Source of the DNA: Tubulanus polymorphus
Lineage: Eukaryota > Animalia > Nemertea
Assembly (NCBI RefSeq): GCF_964204645.1
Contig: NC_134034.1
Coordinates: 1,240,001-1,304,000 of the forward strand
Direction of reading: 5' to 3'
Length of the DNA stretch: 64,000 nt
Under the pieces are notes generated by a model. That model searched no databases. It was not told the origin of the DNA and worked only from the letters and a program-made list of their open reading frames with translations. Shown here in pieces: positions 25,801 through 37,800 of the stretch. A program made the position numbers and the translations under genes. Every line of letters starts with the position of its first letter. Within the stretch, counting starts at the first letter, position 1.

Positions 25801-28800
25801 TTTTGACAAATTCTTATATTTTTTAGCTATATTTTTGTTAAGAAAGTATATTTTTTTGGAAATTTTCAATTTTGTTTTCATAGTCTCTATTTTCATTTGA
25901 AAATATTTTTTTTGTCGAAGAAATTCTTTCTCGCCTCTTCTGAAAATCCTTTTCGTCGCACTCAAAGTAAACTATCTGAATCTGACAAATGACTAACCTC
26001 TAGGTTCGGGGGAGATTATTTTCTGTAAATATTTGTTTTTTAGGTAAAATCGAGATGGTTAAGTCTAAATGGGGGCTAGCGTTGAGTGCTGTAGCGACAG
26101 TCGTTGCTTCATTACTGATGTCAATCAGTGTTTGTACATTCTTCGGCCTTCAACCATCTCTACTTGGCAGGTAAGCCAATCTGATGATGTCATAGGGGAA
26201 CTTATAGAGGCAGACATATTTTCTAGAAGTGTCTATAGATCTAATCACTAGTAGACAATTTGATGATGTCATAGGGGGATTTATGGAGGCAGACATCTTT
26301 TCTAGAAGTGTCTATAGATCAAATCACTAGTAGGTATAATGATGATGTCATAGGGGATTTATGGAGGCAGACATCTTTTCTAGAGGTGTCTATAGATCAA
26401 ATCACTAGTAGGTATAATGATGATGTCATAGGGGGATTTATGGAGGCAGACATCTTTTCTAGAAGTGTCTATAGATCAAATCACTAGTAGGTATTATGAT
26501 GATGTCATAGAAGGATTTATGGAGGCAGACATCGTTTCTAGAAGTGTCTCTAGATCAAATCACTAGTAGGTATTTTGATGATGTCATAGGAGGATTTGTG
26601 GGGGCAGACATCTTTTCTGGAAGTGTCTATAGGCCTATAGATCAAACCACTAGGGGGCAATTTGATGATGTCATAGGGGGATTTATGCGGTTTTGGTTTC
26701 TGTTTCAGTGAGATATTTGAAATCTTCCCGTATCTAATTGTAATTATTGGTCTGGAGAATATTCTGGTGTTAACGAAATCCGTCGTTTCGACTCCTGTTC
26801 ATTTAGACGTCAAATATCGCATCGCTCAAGGTACAAAAAATAACAACCTCAACTTCCGATTCATCAGATCCCCGAAATCATCGAAGAAATTCTGATTGAT
26901 TATCGTAATATGATTATTTCGATGTTTCTAGGGTTAAGTCGAGAAGGCTGGTCGATAACGAAGAACATCCTCATTGAATTACTGATTTTGTTGTTCGGAT
27001 TCTTTACGTTCGTCCCGGCGATACAGGTACGCCCGTGTAATTTATCATAAATTACACATCCCTGAATTAATTGATTGTATGTAATTTGTGTCGAATTACA
27101 CATTAAAGTGTTTACAATTCTATGTAATTTATCATAAATTGCACATCAATGAATTAACTGTTGTATGTAATAAGCTGAAGTTACACTTTGAATCTAGATC
27201 TATTTTATCATTCTCTTCTGTTAGGAGTTTGTTCTATTCGCTTGCGTCGGACTTCTATCCGATTTTTTCCTACAAATGGTTTTCTTCGTGACCGTTTTGT
27301 CGATCGACATTCGTAGAATGGAGGTAAGCGAGCATTTATGATTTGCCATTTAAACTTTGAGTTAACTTTCCAGGGGCGGAACCATTGAAGGACTTGTCCC
27401 ATCCCAAATGGGAACTTTGATGTCACAAAAATCAATTTTAGGGGCACAACCGCACTGAAATGCGCCAATTATCTTTGTTGACAAAAGGAAGGGCAAATTT
27501 GATGAACATGTACAAGTCTCATTTAGTCCCCCTGGATCTGCCCCTGGAAATCCATGTTCAAGATTTTCTAATTTGTTGACCTAATCATATTCAATCATGT
27601 TAATTATATTCCAGTTGTCCGATTTGCATAAGAAGGGCGTTACGCTGCCAGAGGCGGATTCACCTCATCCTCAGCCGTTTATTCAACACTGTCCGGTAAT
27701 GAGTTGTCTCGAAGGTCACCAGCAGCAGCAGACGGGTGGCATGAAACGAGTCAAGTCGCACCCGAGTTTAACGGTAAAATTTCCTATAAAATAATCAGTT
27801 CTATCATCTATCACTAGAGGGTGCTGTTGTTGATGATATTTAGTTCCGCTTACAGACGTCGTCTGCTGCAGGGGGCGCCACATTGGTAGAAGAGAAAGAT
27901 CATCGATCTCGTCGCGTGTCGCAGACGGCGAATAACGTCCCGAAACGTTTGAGATTGATCTACTTCCTCGCGAGTACTCGCGTCGCTCAACGCATGCTCA
28001 TGGTACGTTATTCTCTAGAGGTATCTCGTAACTCTGGTTCCGCCAATGCTTGCTTTTGAGATATCTCGGAGTGTGGAGTCCTTAGATATTGCCTTTAACA
28101 GATATTTCACTGTTCTGGATCTGCTGCCATTGATTCTGGATCTGTTAACATTGATTCAATGGGATATCTTATAGAATCAATGTTGACCGAATCAGAATCA
28201 ATGGTATCGTAATGTCAACTGTATCTCTTATAGGTTCTGGTTCTGCCACCATTGCTTTTAAGATATCTCATAGTTCTGAAATCTTGAATGTTGCCTCGTA
28301 GATATCATATCACTGTTTTAGATCTGTTACCATTGATTGTGGATATCTCGCCATTGATTCAATGAGATATCTCATAGAAACAATGTTAACCGAACCGGAA
28401 TCAATTGTAGTCGAACTTATATTACCCGATATCTTAATCACGTCATTAAAGACAACATCCCATTGGTGCCATCTGGTGGAATAATCGATTCTGAGAATTA
28501 AGAAATTTTATTTCGCATAATTTGAAAAGAAAGGTGATATTTTTTTTTCCTAGATTTGCACTATAGTATGGATCGGTTTGATCTTGTATAACACCGGTCT
28601 TGTCGATCAGGTCATTCAAGTGACGTTCAATCGCTCGAGTTATCTCTACGACTACGCGCCCGACAACATCGACATTTACAACAATAAAGACTCGTCGTCG
28701 TCGTCGTCGGCAACCGCGTCGAAGGCTTCCGATTCGCACGTTTCGAAATCGTTTTTGGCGCCGGATAGTTTGCAGTCGTGGAAGAAATTGTCGTACGCTC

Positions 28801-31800
28801 ACTGGCCGACGCTGTTCTCATTTTATAACATATCATTGTTAAGCAGGTAGGAGTTTGTTTTCGATTATCTGGACCCAGATCCACAGATGTGAGTTAAGAT
28901 TTTATACAGTAAGACTTTATACAGATAAAACATTTGAAAATGAACTGATTCTTACTCACAACTGTGGAACTGGGTCCCGAGTTCGGGGTTTACTCTAACT
29001 CACAACCGCTGTCCAACTGGATCCCGAGTTCAGGGTTAACTCTAACTCACAACCGCTGTCCAACTGGATCCCGAGTTCAGGGTTAACTCTAACTCACAAC
29101 CGCTGTCCAACTGGATCCCGAGTTCAGGGTTAACTCTAACTCACAACCGCTGTCCAACTGGATCCCGAGTTCAGGGTTAACTCTAACTCACAACCGCTGT
29201 CCAACTGGATCCCGAGTTCAGGGTTAACTCTAACTCACAACCGCTGTCCAACTGGATCCCGAGTTCAGGGTTAACTCTAACTCACAACCGCTGTCCAACT
29301 GGATCCCGAGTTCAGGGTTAACTCTAACTCACAACCGCTGTCCAACTGGATCCCGAGTTCAGGGTTAACTCTAACTCACAACTGTAGAACTGGATCCTCA
29401 GTTCTGAGTTAACTCTAACTCACAACTGTAGAACTGGATCCTGAGTTCAGGGTTAACTCTAACTCACAACTGTAGAACTGGATCCTCAGTTCAGAGTTAA
29501 CTCTAACTCACAACTGTAAAACTAGATCCTCAGTTCAGGGTTAACTCTAACTCACAACTGTAGAACTGGATCCTCAGTTCTGAGTTAACTCTAACTCACA
29601 ACTGTAGAACTGGATCCTGAGTTCAGGATTAACTCTAACTCACAACTGTGGTCCTGGAATTAGCTTTTATTCAGGATGGTTAAGCCAGGGTGAGAGTTAG
29701 TGCAGGCAATGCGCTCGGGTTCGATAGTCTTATAGTTCATTCAACCGTGGAATTCGTGTTCTTGTGTTGTTCGCCGACGTAGATGACTTGCGCAACTTGC
29801 GTTTTCGGTCGACAACAGGTGGCGCCGCATCCGAACGCGGCCATGACGACACTAGCGACGAATAGGACGACGCCAAAGACCAAACGCGCGGCGGCGAGTG
29901 AAATCAATGGGTTGGCTTCATTTCGTCTCAGGTAACTTGTATCAGAAAGGTTCCAATACACGAACACCTCCACTATCGAAAAGACCAACAGGATGCCGGT
30001 GATGATCGCGGTGATGATCGCCATCACCAGACACGTGATCACGTAACATTTACGCGGGTTAATGGAGGCGGCGAGAGCGAATGCGGCGGTCAGAACGCCG
30101 ATCGGTATTTCCCAGAAACACATCGCTGTCGCCTCTGGAAGATAGTTATGCGAGCGGCGGGTGAGAATTTTGTACAGACGTATGATATCGACGATCAGAA
30201 TCAACGCGATTGCGACGAATAAAACGATTGAAATGATCTTCGCTCGTTTACGATATCGTGTTTCGGCCACGTTGTGTTTCGTCAAAGATTCCTCGATGAT
30301 TTCGCAGTTCGCCGGGACGCTCGCGGTTACCGGGGGCGATGAGGATTTCCGTCCATTGTCTTCATCTTCGATCAACTGCTCGAAATCCATCCCTGTTCAA
30401 CGATAAATTAATTAACTTTCATTGGATTGAAAATCAATATGATAACAGTTTTTGAACATGGATCCAGTTGCACAGTTGTGGATCCAGTTCTACAGTTCAA
30501 GATCCAGTTCTACAGTTGTGGAACCAGTTCTACAGTTCTGGATCCAGTTCCACAGTTGTGGAACCAGTTCTACAGTTGTGGATCCAGTTCTACAGTTGTG
30601 GATCCAGTTCCACAGTTGTGGAACCAGTTCTACAGTTGTGGAACCAGTTCCACAGTTGTGGATCCAGTTCTACAGTTGTGGATCCAGTTCTACAGTTGTT
30701 GTGTTCACGCCAGTAGTAATTGTATAAGAAGCTGTACTTTATTTGCGGTTTATATACAGTTACAAGTTACATAGGTCACATGACCGGATAATGCATGGCT
30801 ATTGGTTAATACAAGGAACGCCTCTAGACATTTACATGTAGATGATAAGAGTACACAGTCTCCGACAGCTGTCCGGAGTATCGATGTTATTAGTAATTAG
30901 TTCTTATCTCTATAGAAAGATGGCAACACCTGTCAAACATAGTGAAATATCAGTAATTGATGATACATCGCACCGTGGTGTAGACGCGCCATAGCGGTAC
31001 GTCTCTTATTCAATGCGCTGCGGTGGAATTTTTTGCACTTTCGGGTATTAATTAGTCAGCAGAGAAAGGGTTAAAGTCGGGGTGAGAGTTTAATCAGGAA
31101 ATTCCGCGGGTTTTTTCTGATATTTTGTCATTCACTCCGCTGCGGTGGAATTCCTGTTCGTGTGTTGTTCGCCGACGTAGATGACTTGCGTAACTTGCGT
31201 TTTCGGTCGACAACAGGTGGCGCCGCATCCGAACGCGGCCATGACGATGCTGGCGACGAATAAGGCGACGCTGAAGATGAAACGCACGATGCCCGTGGCT
31301 AATATCAGTCGACGGGTTCGATCACGACTCTCATTACCGGATAGAAATCTTACTAAATGTGAAAACAGTACAATCTCCGGTATCGACCGGACTAACAAGA
31401 TGCCGGTGATGATCGCGGTGATGATCGCCATCACCAGACACGTGATCACGTAACATTTACGCGGGTTAATGGAGGCGGCGAGAGCGAATGCGGCGGTCAG
31501 AACGCCGGTCGGTATTTCCCAGAAACACGTAAACGCCACCTGGTTGTAGAAATTCGTGATCGCTTCGTGAAGTCGTATGATATCGACGATCAGAATCAAC
31601 GCGATCGCGACGAATAAAACGATCGAAATGATCTTCGCTCGTTTGCGATATCGTGTTTCGGCCATGTTGTGTTTCGTCAAAGATTCCTCGATGATTTCGC
31701 AGTTCGCCGGGACGCTCGCGGTTACCGGGGGCGATGAGGATTTCTGTCCATTGTCTTCATCTTCGATCAACTGCTCGAAATCCATCCCTGTTCAACGATA

Positions 31801-34800
31801 AATTATTCAACTTTCATTGGATTGAAAATCAATATGATAACAGTTTTTGAACATGTACCCAGTTGCACAGTTGTGGATCCAGTTGCACAGTTGTGGATCC
31901 AGTTGCACAGTTGTGGATCCAGTTGCACAGTTGTGGATCCAGTTGCACAGTTGTGGATCCAGTTGCACAGTTGTGGATACAGTTGCACAGTTGTGTACCC
32001 AGTTGCACAGTTGTGGATACAGTTGCACAGTTGTTGATACAGTTGCACAGTTGTGGATACAGTTCCACAATCATGGATGCAGTTCCACATCTCTTGACCC
32101 AGTTCCACAGTTGTGGACACAGTTCCACATTTCCGGACCCAGTTCCCGAATTGTTGGTTGATAAGATTTGAGTCGAATTTGACTCAGGAATCGAAAACCG
32201 TTGAACTGGATTTATCTCTCACTTGGAGACTGAATTCTATTTTTTATTATATCTGATGTAATAATGAGGTTCAACTTAATTACAGTCAGCCCGCTTTATT
32301 CCGATCGGTTTTACTCGGATTTCGACGTATCTCGGATGATTTTTAAAAGTCCCTTCAGTTTCTTGTTATAATACCTTACAAAAATGTCACTTAATTCGGT
32401 TTGTATTATTCGGATTTTCGACTATTCCGAATTTGAATTTTCGAGACCCGTTTGTTCATATCCGTCGAAATCTTACCACTTTCATTCGGATGATAAATTT
32501 TGATATCGAATAGAGCACGGCGACAGTGCCGTGCGACGCGACGTGATGCAATCCACGCTCGATAGTCATAGCGATGTGCCGCGTTACGCGTCGCAATATA
32601 CAGTATATGATCAGGCAACGGTCTATTAAAATAGGCTAACGGTATTGATTGTTGCGATAGCAGGCCGTAAGCCCAACCCGACAGTCACCAACGTTCACGG
32701 GGCTTTGGATGTTCGAAACAGATTTGCACTGGCCAAGTCTACCGACGAGAAATTCGTCGATGGAGTATCGGTTTTCTCTCGGAAATGTGAGAACTTTCAT
32801 CAACGGGACGTCCCGAAACGCGCTAAGCAGACGTTGATTTCTGCCTTCTTTGTGAAAAAAGACCGAGACTGTTTATATTGCGATGGCGTATGGTTTATTC
32901 ATGATACAATGTAATAATACGTACAATAAAATTGATATTTTGTTTCGATCTGAAGTGCAACACTCATCGTCGTCATTTTCAATGGTAGAAGCATGGTAAA
33001 TTGCTATCTATTTAATTCGGATTTCACATAATTTTAGCGGTCCCGAGTGATCCGAATAAAGCGGGTTTGACTGTACCTTGATTCAGCATTGTAGAATCCT
33101 ACGTATTCTATATCTCGCAGGTACTGTGTAGCTGCTGCTGCTGCTGCTGCTGATGCCGATGCTGGTATAGTAGTAGTCAGTACTGTCGTTGTTGATTTCC
33201 GCTTGTGTTCTACTTTCTCTTCTGCCGTAGTTATTTGGGTCAGACGCGGACGAGACTGTGCGTAGGTTATTTTTTACCCTCATTAGACAAAGTACACAAA
33301 CGTACACGGTACCATTTGAATATGCTGCAGTTATACCGAGAGGCGATGAATTACACAACGCTATCGACAACATCCGTAAACGTTATCATCGGCTACAGAG
33401 AAAATTCTAACGGTTTCAGGAAATGTTTTCATTCGGAATAAAAGTTGACCTTGTTGACGCGATGGGAGTCGCGAGCGAGGACGGTTGCCGAATGGTTTTA
33501 CAATATGAATGAGGTTTTAAAACCGCCTGTTTACGATACAGTAGACTTCAGCCAGATTCGGACCGGTAGACCTCTTCCCCTTAACTCTTCTAGAACCAGT
33601 CCGACTGCTCCAAGTGGTCTAAAAGGGGCAGAAATGTTGGCGAAAAAAATCAGTCGATATTTTCTAGAAAAGGCTTATTCGAATCATTGCCCGAATAAAC
33701 TTTTTTTATTGATTTGTTTTTTCAGAAAATTTCCTAAGATCCTAAGCCGTGGATCTCGGCCTCTGTTCGGTTTACGAGGAATCCGAACTGAATAGTTAGT
33801 AATAAAACTGGTTTATTGTGGATCACTTCAGAGTTTTTAAAACAGCCCATAAAAACAACAATGTCGTAATTCAAGTTTGTTTATTTATGAAAATATTTGT
33901 CGATCATCTTTAGCTATAGATTTCATTTGTTAAAAAAAAAAGTGTTTATAACAATGATGAAGTTTAAAGGACAGAAAATATTTACAAAGTTTTCATTTTT
34001 AAGGAAACGGATTTTAACAGATTTTATAGTGTATCTACACCACGATGCGGTGTATAAATCAGTGATGGACTTAGCTAGTACATCGCGACATATTGTTGTA
34101 TTTATTAATTAGTTTTTACCTCTATTGAAAGATGGCAGCACCTGTTAAACATAGTCAAATATCTGTAACTAACGATACACCGCACCGCGGTGTAGACACA
34201 TTGAAGCAGTTTGCCCGTTATAGAATACACTGAGGTGAAATCTTTTTAAGTTATCCCCAGCACTGTCGGGTATTAATTAGTCGGCACTGAAACTGGTTAA
34301 TCCAGTTTTAGAGATAGACCAGGTGGGTCATTCACTCCGCTGCGGTGGAATTTGTGTTCGTGTGTTGTTCGCCGACGTAGATGACTTGCGTAACTTGCGT
34401 TTTCGGTCGACAACAGGTGGCGCCGCATCCGAACGCGGCCATGACGATGCTGGCGATGAGTAAGACAACGCTGAAGATAAAATGCACGATGCCGGTGGCT
34501 AATGATATCAGTTGACTGGTTCGATCACGACTCTCATAAGCGGATAGAAATATCACTAAATGTGAAAACAGTACAATCTGGATGCCGGTGATGATCGCGG
34601 TGATGATCGCCATCACCAGACACGTGATCACGTAACATCTACGCGGGTTAATGGAGGCGGCGAGAGCGAATGCGGCGGTCAGAACGCCGGTCGGTATTTC
34701 CCAGAAACACGTAAACGCCACCTGGTTGTAGAATTTGATCGCTTCGTGAAGTCGTATGATATCGACGATCAGAATCAACCCGATCACGACGAATAAAACG

Positions 34801-37800
34801 ATCGAAATGATCTTCGCTCGTTTACGATATCGTGTTTCGGCCATGTTGTGTTTCGTCAAAGATTCCTCGATGATTTCGCAGTTCGCCGGGATGCTCGCGG
34901 TTACCGGGGGCGATGAGGATTTCATGTCTTCATCTTCGATCAACTGCTCGAAATCCATCTCTGTTCAACGATAAATCATTTAAAAATAATCGGATTGAAA
35001 ATTGATTCAGTTGTACATTTGTGGATCGGATCCAGTTCCACTGTTGTGGATACAGTTCCACTGTTGTGGATACAGTTCCGCTGTTATGGATCCAGTTCCG
35101 CTGTTGTGGATCCAGGTCTACTGTTCCAGATCCAAGTGTACATTTGTGAATTTAGTTGTACGTTGTGGATCCAAGTTTATATTGATGGATCAAAAATCAA
35201 CAGTTCAAATATCATTATCTGTGCGTGTTGAGGAGGTAGGGGGTTAAATGTACTCTCTGGTCGTTTGTTTAGATAGTGCTACACTACCTTACGTGTAGAG
35301 ACTGTTGAGACTATTGAGGAATATTGACGAGTGTTTTTGTCGAGGCAGTTGTTAACCTAATTGTGAAAAACACCTTTAAACATCAATGATTTGAGATGAA
35401 ATACATTACGAAAAACAGTACCTTGATTCAGCATTGTAAAATCCTATGTCTCTCTCTCTCTCTTTCTCTTTGCTGGTTTTGTGTGCTGCTGCTGCTGCTG
35501 CTGCTATATTCACTTGTTATTGATCTCTACAGAGTTAGTTATTTGGGTCGAGACCCGACTGTATATGATGTGGTATATAAACCCTCATCAGACACCGCCA
35601 GTACTCGACTGCTGCTGTACTAAACTGCTGTGCATTTATTTCGGAGGTTTCTATAAGGAATTTCATTTGGGGAACTGATTTCGCATATGAAATTAGTCAT
35701 AGGCTGTCCATTTAAGACATCTGAGGTCGAGTGGGTAGGGTTAAGGGAGGTTTGTGGGGGTTTGTTTTGCCTTGGGGTATTTGGATGTGGACATTTTAAT
35801 TCCTGTAAGCCATCAGAACAAATCATGGACGATGATGATTTCAACTACGCATTAGAGGAGAAATAGTTCACATAAATGTATGGAACTACTAATTGTGGTT
35901 CGGGGAGTATTGAACAGTAAGGATATTTACGATTAACCGTAGACTTGAGCCACTAGACCTGATCATTATCAGTAGACCTCTCACCCTTAACTCTCTTGGA
36001 TCCAGTTCGACCTGAGTCCAGAATTGTGGATCTCAGTCCAGAACTGTGGAACTGTGTCCAGAACTGTGGAACTGAGTCCAGAACTGTTGATCTGAGTCCA
36101 GAATTGTGGATCTCAGTCCAGAACTGTGGTGCTGGGTCCAGAATTGTGGATCTCAGTCCAGAACTGTGGATCTGAGTCCAGAACTGTGGAACTGGGTCCA
36201 GAACTGTGGTGCTGGGTCCAGAACTGTGGATCTGAGTCCAGAACTGTGGATCTCAGTCCAGAACTGTGGATCTGAGTCCAGAACTGTGGAACTGAGTCCA
36301 GAACTGTGGAACTGAGTCCAGAACTGTTGATCTGAGTCCAGAATTGTGGATCTCAGTCCAGAACTGTGGAACTGTGTCCAGAACTGTGGAACTGAGTCCA
36401 GAACTGTTGATCTGAGTCCAGAATTGTGGATCTCAGTCCAGAACTGTGGTGCTGGGTCCAGAACTGTGGATCTGAGTCCAGAACTGTGGATCTCAGTCCA
36501 GAACTGTGGATCTGAGTCCAGAACTGTGGAACTGAGTCCAGAACTGTGGATCTGAGTCCAGAACTGTGGATCTGGGTCCAGAACTGTGGATCTGAGTCCA
36601 GAACTGTGGAACTGAGTCCAGAACTGTGGAACTGAGTCCAGAACTGTGGAACTGAGTCCAGAATTGTGGATCTCAGTCCAGAACTGTGGATCTGAGTCCA
36701 GAACTGTGGAACTGAGTCCAGAACTGTGGATCTGAGTCCAGAACTGTGGATCTGAGTCCAGAACTGTTGATCTGAGTCCAGAACTGTGGAACTGGAACCT
36801 GAACTGTGGAACTGAGTCCAGAACTGTGGATCTGAGTCCAGAACTGTTGATCTGAGTCCAGAACTGTGGAACTGAGTCCAGAACTGTGGAACTGAGTCCA
36901 GAACTGTGGAACTGAGTCCAGAACTGTTGATCTGAGTCCAGAACTGTGGATCTGAGTCCAGAACTGTGGAACTGAGTCCAGAACTGTGGATCTGGGTCCA
37001 GAACTGTGGATCTGAGTCCAGAACTGTGGAACTGAGTCCTGAACTGTGGATCTGAGTCCAGAACTGTGGATCTGGGTCCAGAACTGTGGATCTGAGTCCA
37101 GAACTGTGGAACTGAGTCCTGAACTGTGGAACTGAGTCCAGAACTGTGGATCTGAGTCCACAACTGTGGATCTGAGTCCAGAACTGTGGAACAGAGTCCG
37201 GAACTGTGGAACTCCCTCTCTTTCTTGAATTATGAATTTTTGAATTTTTCTCATTATTTCAGATATATCAGTATTTTACCCACGATGCACCTATCGGCCG
37301 TTATTGATCCGTCTGAAGCGATCTCACTGCGTCATCCGGCCGAACATGAAATAGCCGAACAAATCGCCGAGCAACGAAAACTCTACTCAAGGTCGGCGGA
37401 GCACGCCTCCGCGTATCAAATACCGTTCTCGAAACTGGATCCGTATTCGCAGAATTTGATGCTGCACGCAAAAAAACTGACGCAATATCCAAAATCGTCG
37501 AAAGAGTTTATCATCACGGTCGCCTTGGCGATCGCGAGCGCTTTATTCATCGTTTACATCGTCATGACGATGTACCGGTGTATGTGCTCTCGTAACTACG
37601 CCAAGTGGCGGTCGTCGTGGCGACGGCGTCCGAAACGTCGTCGATCGCTGTACTACGTGAAACAGATTCGCGAAACGGTTCCGCTGTTTCTGTGCGGACA
37701 CGAACAGGTAACACTAAATACAGGATGTGTTATAAACCTAGAATCAAATAGTTCACTGTTGGAAGAGGAAAAGTGTTTTTGTGAAAGTAGAAAAGATTTT

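Noticed and set aside
28955-29650. CRISPR-like appearance of regular arrays (also 16647-17575, 39830-40300, 43402-43660)
   Set aside because: No unique spacers, no cas genes, eukaryotic intron context.
33083-33373. 96-aa minus-strand ORF as a separate gene
   Set aside because: Low complexity; overlaps the start exon of nested gene B in another frame; at most a uORF.
36153-37254. 336-aa and 193-aa ORFs
   Set aside because: Translations of the 20-bp minisatellite; no splice context or domain.
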